From Octopus vulgaris (lineage: Eukaryota): a DNA stretch of 64,000 nucleotides. Shown here one piece after another: positions 9,250 to 20,890 of this stretch. The position numbers and the translations under genes were made by a program. Position 1 is the first letter of the stretch. Each line of letters starts with the position of its first letter. The notes beneath the pieces were generated by a model that was not told the DNA's origin, did no database searches, and saw only the letters and a program-made list of their open reading frames with translations. The DNA lies in assembly GCA_951406725.2 (NCBI GenBank), contig OX597818.1, forward strand, positions 109,554,001 through 109,618,000. The letters run 5' to 3'.

Positions 9250-11543
9250 CAAGCGAGAGAGAGAGAGAGAGAATAAAGTGTACGTACGCCGCTATATATT
9301 TATATAAAATACAAAATGGGACAAGAACGCAAAACATCCAGACAACTAGGTGATGAAAAAGGGGAGATAATAAAGTACTTGTGATCCTAAAAGGAAGGTG
9401 CACATGCGTTTGTGTATGTGAGAATGTGTAAGTATATGTGTGTGGGTAGGGGCTGGTGACTTTGACATGTGGATGTGTACATGTGTAAGTGTGTGTATCT
9501 GTAATGTGTGGGTGTGTGGATGCTGGTAAGTGGTGAATGCTAGTGTGTGTGGATTGGTGTAGGTTGGTCTGGTGTGACGGTGTTGGGGTGTGGGTTTTGG
9601 GTGGAGATGTGGGGGTAGGGGTATATATGTATATATGTGTGTGTGTGTGTATATATATATTACAGTTTCTTGTTTTGCTTCCTTGTTTTTACAGTTGAAT
9701 ATCATATGCTGTGCTCTTGTCGGATCCTATGCGATAGTGTTTTCAATCGATATCCTCACATATGGCATCATTAGGTACATATTCCTGAATTCATTCCACC
9801 ACATGATCTATGCCAACTTCAATAAAGCACTAGCAGTAACACCATTTCAGAAAAATGGTAAGTTTCCTGTTTTTCTTTTTCAATATTATCACCACCCTCA
9901 TCATTGTCCTTATCACTGCTATCATAAGACAGGAGCTAGAGCAGTAGGGAGAAGCTGTTGATGGTCTATTCTCCATAGAAAGCAAAGGGCTAGGTTAGAT
10001 AGAATTTGTCACAGCAGATGTTCTGTAGCCAGATGTCCTTCCTCTCACCAAGCCTCTTCTGCCTCCAACCAAGGTTATTTTTGCTGTTGGTCACACATTT
10101 TTCTCAGAAGAATAACTTTTCTTGCTTGATAGTGATGCTTCTTTACAGCCATCACATGATCTCAAGACAAGCTCACACACACACACATACATAATAGGCT
10201 TCTTTCAGATTCTGTCTATAGCATCCACTAGGTTTTGGTCTGCCAGGGGCTATAGTCAGAAAGATTCATTGCCAGTGCTACTGGACTGGCTCCTGTGCAG
10301 GTGGCACATAAAAAGCCCCATTTGAGCATGGCCGTTGCCAGTACCGCCTGACTGGCCCTCATGCTAGTGGCATGTAAAAAGCACCCACTACACTCTTGAA
10401 GTGGTTGGCATTAGGAAGAGCATCCAGCTGTAGAAACTCTGCCAGATCAAGATTGGAGCCTGGTGCAGCCATCTGGTTCGCCAGTCCTCAGTCAAACTGT
10501 CCAACCCATGCTAGCATGGAAAGTGGACGTTAAACGATGGTGATGATGATTATGACTTGTCCAAGGTGCTGCTGTGCAGTGGGACTGAACTTGAAACCAT
10601 GATTCGAAAATTAGCTTCTTAACCTCACAACTACAATCATCATCATCATCATGGATTAACGTCCGTTTTTCCATGCTGGCATGGATCGGTGCATGTAGCA
10701 ATTGTCTTCCAGATTATTGTTCGCTGGAAACATTTAAGATGAGGAGCATCCAAGATGAGAGAAACCAACATTAATCTAAAGAATACAGCTTAGCATGTAA
10801 GAGACAATATTGGTTTCAAATCTGGCACAAAGCCAGCAGTTTCAGGGGATGGGGTAAGTGGATTACATCAATCCCAGTATATAACTGGTACTCATTTTAT
10901 CAACTTTGAAAGAATGAAAAGCAAAGTTTACCTTGGTGGAATTTGAACTCAGAATGTAAAGACCAATGAAATGACTAAGTATTCTGCCCAGCATGCTAAT
11001 GGTTCCGCCAACTCGCTGCTCTAGAGACAATATCGTTAGTCAATGTTAGCTTAATATAAAATCAAATTCTCATTGCCTCTAAAATAATAAGTGTTACAGA
11101 CTTGGTAGTTATAGGTTACGAGTTCAAACCCTAGGTTTGGAATATTACTTGAAGACGTCTGGAGAAAATGTCAATGAAAACATTGTGTTAAATGTTGTCC
11201 TGAATATCACAGACGAAAGAAGCACCAACACTTTTCCGTTCTCTTTCCAGATATGATTCTTGCTGGGCTTTGGGTTGGTTTCTTCGTTGCCGGTGTTATA
11301 TTCCAGTTGTTCTCTGAAAAAGGAAGAGCTCCATTCCCACCAGCCAGTAACATTTTCTGCTGCCAAAATGGAAATGAACCCCGTCGACCAATAGTTGGTA
11401 ACGAACGTGAACCTCTCCTACCAGATAATCCTCCAGTCGGCAGATATGGAACACTCGGAAGGGTTGTTCCTCCCACTCATCAACCATATCAGTCCTATAC
11501 TGTTATTACAGGTTTTGCTAGTTCAGCTCCAGCACCAAAATGA
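2477..11543 (+). CDS. TM7SF3: Transmembrane 7 superfamily member 3, 5'-partial; join(2477..2760,3779..3956,5174..5260,6670..6750,6890..7042,7784..7881,9695..9857,11251..11543)
   Basis: All 7 introns are GT..AG with matching phases (1337 nt in window). The spliced protein has recognisable TM7SF3 motifs: DPLPGGCNQEF, TSAAYVP, CFFGHRYFKTELF, FFTPFGNL, LNIICCALVGSYAIV, VTPFQKND, EKGRAPFPP, EREPLL. Confidence 0.93.
3398..3682. repeat. (AAT)n/(GAT)n microsatellite
   Basis: Direct reading. Confidence 0.97.
3779..3956 (+). CDS. TM7SF3: TM7SF3 exon B (VKLIHNN...TSAAYVP...CEENK)
   Basis: ttgcag|gtg acceptor; aaaa|gtaagt donor; phase 0 to 1. Confidence 0.92.
5174..5260 (+). CDS. TM7SF3: TM7SF3 exon C (DALTIIISCF...FFGHRYFKT)
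   Basis: tttcag| acceptor; acag|gtatgt donor; first transmembrane helix. Confidence 0.92.
6314..6611 (-). mobile_element. 3' fragment of an R4/Dong-like restriction-endonuclease-type non-LTR retrotransposon
   Basis: Minus strand reads ...IACPADNKVCNK, EKVERYDWLAWEVKRLWLMKKVAVVPIFVGALETV (REL-endonuclease C-terminus style); (TAT)n on both sides. Confidence 0.6.
6670..6750 (+). CDS. TM7SF3: TM7SF3 exon D (ELFIFGAIAGFL...SLT)
   Basis: tttcag| acceptor; acag|gtaaaa donor. Confidence 0.9.
6890..7042 (+). CDS. TM7SF3: TM7SF3 exon E (VVLSTDII...LFFTPF)
   Basis: ttccag| acceptor; ttg|gtaagt donor. Confidence 0.92.
7165..7385 (+). mobile_element. SINE with tRNA-like head and Nin/Deu-like core (gcctttcatcctttcggggtcgataaa family)
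   Basis: Recurs at about 21960-22390, 45390-45825, 48795-49027, 53103-53335 and 58110-58320. Confidence 0.75.
7669..7750. repeat. (TAT)n followed directly by (AAT)n microsatellite
   Basis: Direct reading. Confidence 0.95.
7784..7881 (+). CDS. TM7SF3: TM7SF3 exon F (GNLKYWEND...AYTKL)
   Basis: ctccag| acceptor; ttg|gtaagt donor. Confidence 0.92.
8389..8757 (+). mobile_element. Non-autonomous Helitron
   Basis: 5' TC start after A; subterminal GC hairpin cctgagcaacgccggg; 3' CTAG followed by T; sits in a (TA)n tract with no TSD. Confidence 0.8.
8766..9216 (+). mobile_element. Penelope-like element remnant with terminal palindrome and hammerhead motif
   Basis: 43-bp-arm palindrome at 8766-8852 plus a minimal type I hammerhead at 9005-9075; both are hallmarks of Penelope pseudo-LTRs. 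Confidence 0.6.
9005..9075 (+). ncRNA. Minimal type I hammerhead ribozyme motif
   Basis: ttccta-CTGATGA-[stem II aactag...ttagtt]-GAAAC-catg-GTC-taggaa; 6-bp stem I; A-A mismatch at the base of stem II. Confidence 0.7.
9695..9857 (+). CDS. TM7SF3: TM7SF3 exon G (LNIICCAL...TPFQKN)
   Basis: ttacag| acceptor; atg|gtaagt donor. Confidence 0.92.
11251..11543 (+). CDS. TM7SF3: TM7SF3 last coding exon (DMILAGLW...APAPK*)
   Basis: ttccag| acceptor; TGA at 11541-11543. Confidence 0.92.
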
Positions 11544-11709
11544 GCTCTGATATGTCCGGTTGTCTTTCAGAATCATCTGTTTTCTAGTTAATACCTTTTA
11601 GACTCTGTTGAAATGCATTTGAAAAGTGTCCTGTGTAAAACAGTGTTGTATGTATATGTACAGTGAGTGTGAGTATGTGTTTGTATGTGTTTGTGGATGC
11701 ATGTGTTTG

Positions 11710-11747
<38 letters not shown>

Positions 11748-11850
11748 TGTATAAGAGGATAATTTTATAACTTTGTTAAACTGAAGAGCAAAATTAAAAA
11801 TAGGAGTGCTGCTGGAAGTGCTCAGGTGAGGCACTGAGGCAAAAGGAGAA

Positions 11851-12610
11851 ATAAATTGAAAGGTAAAATGGATAAACACTCCAATCAGTCAAAACAACTT
11901 TGTATCACTCCCAAATTATCAAAAATTGAAAATAAATATATATTTAAATAATAGGGCACCCAACGGTAAAACCCAACAGTATAAAATATACACAAATAAA
12001 TAGGAAGGGCATCCAGCTGTAGAAACTCTGCCAGATCACGATTGAAGCCTGGTGCAGCCATCTGGTTCCCCAGCCCTCAGTCATTCATCCAACCCATGCT
12101 AGCATGGAAAGCGGATGTTAAACGATGATGATGATGATAATGAAAAGGTGATAAAACCCAAAAGGGTAATACGAGTGAAGTCAAATGAAGAAAAATATAT
12201 GGAATAAATTCATACGTAATAAAGATGGCTAAAAATTTAAGGCAATCAAGCTAAAATAATATAAATGTATAAAAATACAAGAGTATAAATATAAAAAATA
12301 AAATGTAAGGAAACCAGAACAGAGTCCATTGATGCCCATCTCTACGATCGTTTCAAATCATGCTGCTTCACATTGTTAATGTACAATCCATTAAGGAAAT
12401 CCAACAGCAACACCTTTTTATCAGGAGAAAACTTCACATTTCTGGTTATTTTATTATTCGTTGTTATGTGTATATTTCATACTGTCGGGTTTTACCATTG
12501 GATGCCCTATTATTTCAATATATATTTATATTCGTTTTTTTATAATTTGGGAATGATATAAAGTTGTTTTAACTGATTGGAGTGTTTATTCACCATACCT
12601 TTCAATTTAT
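11851..12610. mobile_element. Penelope-like remnant with about 150-bp inverted repeats, an internal SINE fragment and a degenerate hammerhead
   Basis: About 11851-11995 is the reverse complement of about 12465-12610; hammerhead-like motif on the minus strand at 12339-12428. Confidence 0.6.
12339..12428 (-). ncRNA. Degenerate minimal hammerhead motif (core CTGATAA)
   Basis: Minus strand: tctc-CTGATAA-long stem II-GAAAC-gatc-GTA-gaga; the conserved G8 is mutated. Confidence 0.5.
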
Positions 12611-12640
12611 ATATGTATATATATATACTTTAAATGACCC

Positions 12641-12812
12641 GAAAATGGAGAAAACTTTAGATCAACAAACAAATTGGACCACACGTGTAGATTATTTTTT
12701 AATACTAAACATAACATTTCTGTGACAGGTTACGGCATGTTTAGTATTAAAAAATAATCTACACGTGTGGTCCGATTGATTTGTTTATTGATCTGAGGTT
12801 TTCTCTATTTTC
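12641..12812. repeat. Long inverted repeat (hairpin)
   Basis: Perfect 37-bp arms at 12676-12712 and 12737-12773, extending imperfectly to about 70 bp. Confidence 0.9.
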
Positions 12813-13247
12813 TAATTATTTAAATTTGATTCCTAATAAACTTTTGTTTATTCTGTTGTTACCTGTACCCTATGAGCATAGTGTTCCTGCATACCCATGC
12901 CCAGAGACAACACAGGTAACTGATACCAATAGTAAATATGGATATTTTATCCCTTAGTCAGTTACTATAACCACTAACACTGCTTACTCTTTATATGTTT
13001 ATATGTATGTATATATATATATATATAGGTGAGAGAGTTGGTATGTGAAAGCACGTGGTTGGATGTATAAAAAACAAAAAAGGGTAAAAAAACTACAGAA
13101 TTTTTTCACAATCTCCTGTTTTGATAATATAATTACTCTGCAAAATTCTATTTTCCAGTAGTTATGAACTGTTATGTAAGCCTCAGTGTAATAGTGGAAT
13201 ACACAGATGTGCTTCACACGGACACAGCTTGGATTATAACTCTTTCT

Positions 13248-13285
<38 letters not shown>

Positions 13286-13440
13286 TCAGCAAAATTTAGA
13301 TTCAGATGAATATGGTACTTAAGTTAAAGGCACCAGAATTTAGTATGGTATTATCCATATAAATCAAATGGGGGTGATGGGATATATATATATATATATT
13401 ATATATATATATATATACACATATACATACATACATACAT

Positions 13441-13471
<31 letters not shown>

Positions 13472-14232
13472 TATATATGCAATGTATATTCTATTCTAAA
13501 TTAATGATTCTTTTTACGTGAGTTATATAATGGATGAAACATTGGGTTTTTTTTTTATCTGATATTTTATAAAATCAAACGATGTGATATTAAGCCCTAT
13601 TTTTTAGATATTAATCTTTGTATATATGCTTTGTTTAAAAATTTGAGTTGTAAAAACCAAAATCTTTAAGAATTTGTTTTAAAAACTAAAACTGAAGGAA
13701 ACACTTGTGGTCCAAATTGCACTTATTGTTCTCTGTTGATTCATCTTCATACATTCCATTTCATTTGTTTGTATTTAGATGTTTCTTGATGATATGAATA
13801 ATATTAAAACAGAATATAAAAATATTGTTAATCATTTCATTCAGAAAAGTTATGAGAAATCATTTTCCAGAATATTTTTGGGAAATATATTTTGTGAAAA
13901 GACAAAAAAACAGTCAGTTCCTAAGTGAATTGACCAATTCTATGATGAATGCTAAATTTAGCATTATATGGTTGCAGTGGAAATAAATTTGTGTTTTCAT
14001 TGAAGTCATTCTGTATACATTTTTAAATTTTTGGCTGTAAATAACCAAGTGGTAACTGTTAAATTGTGTAAATTCAAATGTGTTTTTACTATTTTTGAAA
14101 TATCAGCAACGAGAAGCAGACATTCACCCTTTAGCATTTAAACTGGCCATGTCCAGCTGAAATATTCCACCTGTTTTAAGTTTGATCTGACCTCTCATCA
14201 GATTACACCTTACAGTGTAATTTTAAAAATAA

Positions 14233-15642
14233 CACTGGTCAACAAAATGAAACTTTTTTTAATCATCAGAGTTGTTGATTGACTTTTCTGGGTTAATTTT
14301 CGATGCTGATTATGAATCTGAAGTCCGATTTCTTCTATCAGGTCACGTGTTCATGTTAATGATACCTGCTCTTTTAACTTATAGGATACATAAAGCATGT
14401 CTATATAAAGTATATTGAATACAAGATACGATAATTTCATGGCTTTTTATTGTACGAAATTAAAATTATTGTGTACAAATAAGTTAGAATACGCTTAAAT
14501 GCATAACAACTTAAAATCTTTGGGATTTGGACTTTGGACTTTCTATGGTGTTTTGTCTCAGGCTCATCCCTGTGTAACATCCAACAGTAGCCAGCTAACA
14601 TTCCTGCATTCCAAAATCCTTGATATCGTTGTTCCATTGATGCAATATCTTGATGAAAGCATTCTCCTTGCTCATCAGACTCTGCAAAAAAGTCCAGATG
14701 TGAATCAAGGAAATGGACTTTTAGTGACATCCGACAGCCCATTGCAGCGTAGGAGTCTAGAAGACATCTCATTCCATTTCTAAACTCTAGAGATCTCTTG
14801 TTGCCAAGGAAATTTTCACAGAGCCATTTCAAGGATTACCAGGCTTAAGCTCAATCTCATCCAGTGCTGTGAGGAAGTGGTTGTCCTTCAGGAGTTCTTT
14901 TATCTGCGGACCTATAAATATGCCCTCCTTCAGTTTTGCCTCGGGGATTTTTGGAAATTTGGCCTTCACATATTCAAAACCTTTTGAGCTTTTCCTGGCA
15001 AGTGTCTTCACAAATTGTTTTATGAGGCCAAGCTTTATGTGAAGAGGGGGAAGAAGAACATTTTCTGGGTTTAAAAGTGGCTTACTCTGGACGCTATAAA
15101 CTCCTGGCTTATATGATTTTTGCAAAGGCCACTCTGATTGCACATAGTGCTTGTTAGTTGCACGACTGTCCCATGGGCATAAAAAGGAACAATATTTCAT
15201 GAACTCAGATTGCATTCCCATCAACATTCCAATCACCTTCAAGTCTCCACATATTTTCCAGCTGTAGTTTGTATACTTTATGGCATTGAGGAGTACTTGC
15301 AGATTTTCATAACAATCCTTCATGTGCACTGAATGTCCTATGGGAATGGATGGTTTCTTATTGCCGTTGTGTAGTAGTACTGCCTTGAGGCTTCTCTTAG
15401 ATGAATCAATGAATAAGCGCCATTCAGCTGGAACATGCTTTTGGAACAAACAGCAAAATAACTCATCAGTGTTATTACTGAAACAAAGTGGTCCAACAAC
15501 AGAGAAGCATGAAGTCAGACCCCTATTTTTCTTCCTGAAATGAGTAATACAAACATCTTTCTTAAGCAGACACTTTTCTTGTAGGCGAGATGCTAATAGT
15601 TCAGCTTTATCCTTCGATAATGACAAGTCTCTATCTAAATCA
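14233..15642 (-). mobile_element. Chapaev3-like (CMC superfamily) DNA transposon, 5'-truncated, frameshifted transposase
   Basis: Motifs LSKDKAELLASRL, FIDSSKRSLKAVLLHNGN, ICGDLKVI, LLPPLHIKLGL, MSLKVHFLDSHLDFF, FHQDIASMEQRYQG; terminus CACTGGTCAACAAA preceded by TAA; frameshift near 14830-14850. Confidence 0.8.
14437..15626 (-). pseudogene. Chapaev-type transposase pseudogene (ORFs 14829-15626 and 14437-14832)
   Basis: Two overlapping frames; N-terminus missing; apparent small deletion before SDEQGE. Confidence 0.8.
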
Positions 15643-15646
15643 TTAA

Positions 15647-15865
15647 CCCTTTTACCATATTTCTTTTGAGATGCTCTGTGTTTCTTTCAATTAATTTTAA
15701 ATATAACTAAGAATTTAGTAAAATAAATTGGTTATCCTTAAGCTAGTGTTAGGAACATAAATTGTGACTAAGTTTTGGTGGAAGATTTTAATTCAGAACT
15801 TTTGAAAACAAGACATTTGTACTACAGAGCCAGAGGTGGTTTTAGCCGGGTTGGTATTGAAAGGG
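15647..15865. mobile_element. piggyBac-type MITE
   Basis: TTAA-CCCTTT...AAAGGG-TTAA termini. Confidence 0.8.
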
Positions 15866-16951
15866 TTAATTCAAAACAATGTGAATAAACAGGCATTACG
15901 TTTGAGAGAGGAATCTGAATGCTGAACAGTTAAACAACCACATGATCTTTAGTGTAAGGAAGTTGTCCTCTTTTCACTGCTAAGATGGATTCCTTTAGCT
16001 ACATGGAGATGATTTTTACTTCTAAAGGTGTGGACTGTAAATAATGTTGGTTTATAACAGCAGTATTTGGATTAGTCTATCAGATGTAATACTTATTTAT
16101 TCACATTGTTTTGAATTAATCGTGCATTATCTCTTAGTATCAAAATGTTGATGCTGTGATAGTTTATCTTTAGAATGACATTGTTGAGCATGTGTGAGAG
16201 GCCTAATCTGACTGGATTGAACATAAACAAGTTTAAATACTAAAGGATTAAAACAACAGTTATTTTTATTTCTTCAAGATTTTCAGAATTGTATTTTAGG
16301 TTCTTGTCAATGGCTTGGCTGTCTTGTGATGCCAACAAACAGCTTTATTGATGAGCAACCAATAAAACTGTATTGGTTGATCAGTAAACCAGCAGTGTCT
16401 ATTCTAACATACAAACTCATCTTAATTAATACTTAAAACTGTAATTTTGAAAGAATGGTTTAGTTTTATAATTTCTCAAATGTCATTAACACTGAACCAT
16501 CCAACCACCCACCGTTAACCATCATAAACTACCTCTTGTTTATAGTTCAATTATTCCTTCTTCTTTCACCTCTACATACTTCAGTCAATGCTCTTTCCCA
16601 AAACTTATTCTATGTCTCACTCCCTACTTTTAAATATTTCACATACCCATGACATCACTGTCTTTTTACCATTTCCTTATAACTGAATTGCACTTTTCCA
16701 ACACATCCCAATGGCTAATAACACACAACTGAAGCCAAACATAATCTGTGTTAATCTCACTTTTCCACCTTATCGTTATAATCCATTGTCAGAGTAACAA
16801 ATGGTGATGATTTCTTGGACGCTTACATGTGGCATCGTCAATGAAATGTATTTTGTATCTTACTGGCTTTACCTTTGTGTGTTCCACTTCAAATTTTTCT
16901 CTTTGTACCAATGAAGAAAATCATTATTATTCATAGTAAAGTCATGTTTAA

Positions 16952-17167
16952 CCATTTGACGTTCAGATTATTTTGTCAAATGTAACATTCTTTTCTTCCA
17001 CGTTGTTTTTAATAAATCATGCATTATTTTGTAGCCTTGAAATTTTGATAATGTGATTGTGTTTTTAGAATGTCATTGAAGAGTTGGTGTGATAGGCTGG
17101 ATCTGGCTGGCTTCAAAATGTAAAACGGGTAGCATATTTGAGCCTGACTGGTTTAAATGCTAAATGG
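16952..17167. mobile_element. piggyBac-type MITE (ccctttagcatt family)
   Basis: TTAA flanks and ccattt/aaatgg termini; further copies at 14126-14232 plus 15870-15933, 18170-18358, 30170-30233, 46571-47113 and about 52597-53415. Confidence 0.75.
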
Positions 17168-18169
17168 TTAACACATTCCAGTGTAACTGCAACATGGTAA
17201 GAGCCATTTTACTACAGGAATAGTGAGCAGAGAAAATTCTCCACTGGATTTGTGTAAATACATTGAACTAAGAAACCAACTCAGTCACAACTGAGCAGGT
17301 TTAAGTGACTGATGAAGTGCAAAGATGCAGAAATCCATGTGTCCTACAATCAAATGGGTATTATAGCCCAAAATACAAGTCTAGGTGGAGAATTTTCTCC
17401 TAGAAATATTTTTGCAGACAAATCTCTTTACCATGTCCAATTACACTCCAACTTGTTGCACATGACATATTGTATTCCACGCTGCTTGGTATGACATTAT
17501 TGATTTAATATTTATCATTTCTATAATAACTTGATTTGCTCTTTATCTTATCAACTCTGGAAAAATAAAGGCACAATTGCTCTCTATGGAATTTGAAATA
17601 CAACTTTATTACAGGATTTTTGTAAAAAATAGCTTAAATTTCATGTAAATTAGAGATTCGGTTTAGTGAACAAAATAATAGAAAAACTGAGTGAAATTGC
17701 TTCTACAGCAATGCTTTTGCAATCATGTCTGTGATGATCTCTGGCTAAACATGCCATTTGGTCTGGGGAGTACAATCCGTTACTCCCTACTTCTGGTTCT
17801 TAACTCCCCCACCCCTACTTTTTTCTTTTTTTTCCATTTCCTTGGTGAAGTGGTTATGTTTTTTCTTTTCTTGATAATTTCCTTTTTTACACTGTTAATG
17901 TTTTTTTCTTTCTTTTCTTCCTGTAAAAATATTTTTTTAATAAAAAAAAAGTCTAATCCCCCCCCCCCCCAAAAAAAGACAAAAAATGACTGGAATACGT
18001 CGACAGTACCATTCTCTTAGATGTATCTCAAGAAAGAAAAATTCAGTTCAACTTTTCTTATTGTGGGCACCAAATAATCTTTGTCCCAAAATGTGATTGC
18101 TTTGCCATGTCTGTGGACAGGTTCTTGTGCCGTAAAGGGAAGTGAAACAGGACTTCAGTCTATCTTTAA

Positions 18170-18358
18170 CCCTTTAGCCATATCCAGCCAAAATACTCTA
18201 CCAAATCTGGCCCCTCACACTTTCCATACAATGTCATTCAAAAAATAAACTGCCACATCATCAGAATCTTGAAGCTACAATATTAATTAATTATTAATTT
18301 TTAAAAAATGCAAATGAGTAAGCAGAACATTTGACAGAATAATCCAAATATTAAAGGG
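18170..18358. mobile_element. piggyBac-type MITE (same family)
   Basis: TTAA-ccctttag...taaaggg-TTAA. Confidence 0.75.
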
Positions 18359-18549
18359 TTAATGGGGGCCACAAACTTATTTTATTTTACTTTCCTTCTT
18401 TTTTTTTTTGTTTTGTAAATTGCAAACCACCTCTAGTTTCTTTGGTTTCAAATATTCCTTTTGCTGTTTAAGGAATGATATATTTTGATGAGAAACATCT
18501 TATTTTCTGTTTTTGTAACAAGTGAACCACAATAATAATTATTTTGTTG

Positions 18550-18585
<36 letters not shown>

Positions 18586-19221
18586 GCCAAGTAAAAAAGA
18601 AAGCTAATTGTGAAAATATACAGGTTATGTCTAATCTAATGCAAAAGCAACCAGTTTTCAAGTGAAGTCTACAGCCAGAGATATTTGTGAACTTTATTGA
18701 TGAAATGCTTCTGAAAGTAAAGCAAAAAAAAAAAAAAAAAATAAGTTAAAAAAAATTATCTAACAGTAAAAATGATACATAAAAAAATATTTGAAAAAGC
18801 AACCATTTAACATAAATTTTTAAAAAAAAATTTTGTGCATGAAATATTTATTGGAAATGATTGCATTGAATTTGGAAACAAATTATATATTTCCTCTTTG
18901 GATCCCTTTTCAATATCATGAAAATCTTCCTGTTCTGTTGACACAAACCCAATTTGTAAACAAAATATTCTGTGATTGAATTATGCAAGATATTGAAAAC
19001 TCAGCTTACATATTCATGTGGCTCTTGTCAAATGGGTTTTTTTAAATTTTTAATCAGCAACATGTGACTATCTTTTCAATTTTCTATTAAATATACTTGT
19101 CTTGTCTGATGTGACTAAAAGCTTTTCCCCTTCTTGCTTATGCAATAATTGGATGTACATTTGCAATTTTATAAACAAAATTTTATAAATAATTTTGATG
19201 TGTTCGTTTCCTTCTTAAATT

Positions 19222-19752
19222 GACTGGCATCTGTGCTATCGGGTTTCAAAGAGCACCATACGAGTGTGATCGTTGACAGAGTGGCTAACCAGCTTCCGTG
19301 CCAGTGGCACATAAAAGACACCATTCGAGTGTGATCGTTACCAGCATCGCCTTATTGGCACTTGTGCCCGTGCTAGTAGGGTGCCAAGAGCACCATCTGA
19401 GTGTGATCATTGCCAGAGCAGCCAACTAGCTTCCGTGCCGGTGGCACATAAAAGGGCACCATTCAAGCGTGATCGTTACCAAAGTCGCCTTACTGGCACT
19501 TGTGCCGGTGGCATGTGTTAAAAGATTCGAGCGAGGTCATTGCCAGTACCGCCTGACTGGCCCCCATGCCAGTGGCACATAAAAAGCACCCACTACACTC
19601 TCGGAGTGGTTGGCGTTAGTAAGAGCATCCAGCTGTAGAAACTCTGCCAGATCAAGATTGGAGCCTGGTGCAGCCATCTGGTTTGCCAGCCCTCAGTCAT
19701 TCATCCAACCAATGCCGGCATGGAAAGCAAATGTTAAACGATGATGATGATG
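19222..19752 (+). mobile_element. Long copy of the (GAT)n-tailed SINE with tandem 5' subunits of about 65 bp
   Basis: Five to six imperfect units (tgccggtggcac...aaagcaccattcgagcgtgatcgtt), then the family core and (GAT)n tail. Confidence 0.85.
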
Positions 19753-20514
19753 TTAACCAGACTTTTTGTTTTTGTTTCTAGTCTCACAGGATTACAAGAG
19801 TGTTTAAAGGAGCCAAAAGATCGATTTGTCATTACTGGGGTGGGGTGGATGAACCTCAAATGTTTCTTCATCTTCTTCTTCTTGATGAGACTTTTTGAGG
19901 TTGTTTTCTATGGTTGGATACTCTTCCTGTCACCAACCCTTATTATTATAATTTTTGTTTCTTATGTGAAGTATTTTAATTCCACCGGTCTTTACATATT
20001 GAAACCTATAAGCTATGAGAAGTGTTGTTTATGGGAAATGGGTGTTAAGACTCATGGAAACAAACCCTCACATATGCATATCATCGTTATCATTTAACAT
20101 CTGTTCACGCTTTGATTAGATCTAATAAATTCAAGGACTGCAACACGTTCCACTCGTCTACCTTGGCAAGGTTTCTGCAGCTGGAGGACACCCTTCCTAA
20201 TGCCAGATACTTTACAGAGTGTGGATTGGGTGCTTTTCCATTCCACTTGCTGCACTGTTGACGTCTCCATGCAGCTTGTATGACTATGAACCCTAGGGGA
20301 GTCGGGGGACTCAGCTCCATGTTAGGTAACAAACAGGCTTCTGTACAGTTTCCGTGGTTGGTCTGTGGTCATAGCTAAAAGATACTTGCTCAAATTTTTT
20401 TTTTCATTTCTACTCTAGGCACAAGGATTGAAATTTTTTGGGAGGGATGCACTCGATTAGATCGACCCTAGTATGCAACTGGTACTTAATTTATCGACCC
20501 AAAAGGATGAAAGG

Positions 20515-20890
20515 TTGCTTACCAACCACATGGTTCTGGGTTCAGTCCCACTGCGTGGCACCTTGGGCAAGTGTCTTCTACTATAGCCTCGGACCGACCA
20601 AAGCCTTGTGATTGGATTTGGTAGACGGAAACTGAAAGAAGCCTGTTGTATATATGTATATATATATATATGTGTGTGTTTGTGTGTCTGTGTTTGTCCC
20701 CCCAACATCACTTGACAACCAATGCTGGTGTGTTTACGTTCCCATAACTTAGCGGTTCGTCAAAATAGACCGATAGAATAAGTACTAGGCATCCAAAGAA
20801 TAAGTCCTGGGGTTGATTTGCTCGACTAAAGGTGGTTCTCCAGCATGGCCACTGTCAAATGACTGAAACAAGTAAAAGAGTAAGAGTAAG
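20515..20890 (+). mobile_element. tRNA-derived SINE with a central (TA)/(TG) microsatellite
   Basis: ggttcagtcccactgcgtggcaccttgggcaagtgtc...gactgaaacaagtaaaagag; other copies at about 30500-30868, 39515-39885, 40800-41218, 52700-53080 and 60575-60978. Confidence 0.85.

Noticed and set aside
19222-19600. Regularly spaced repeats of about 65 bp resembling a CRISPR array (also 37676-37900, 50160-50370, 59710-59940)
   Set aside because: Whole units are homologous with no unique spacers; they are tandem subunits of an abundant SINE in eukaryotic DNA with no cas genes.
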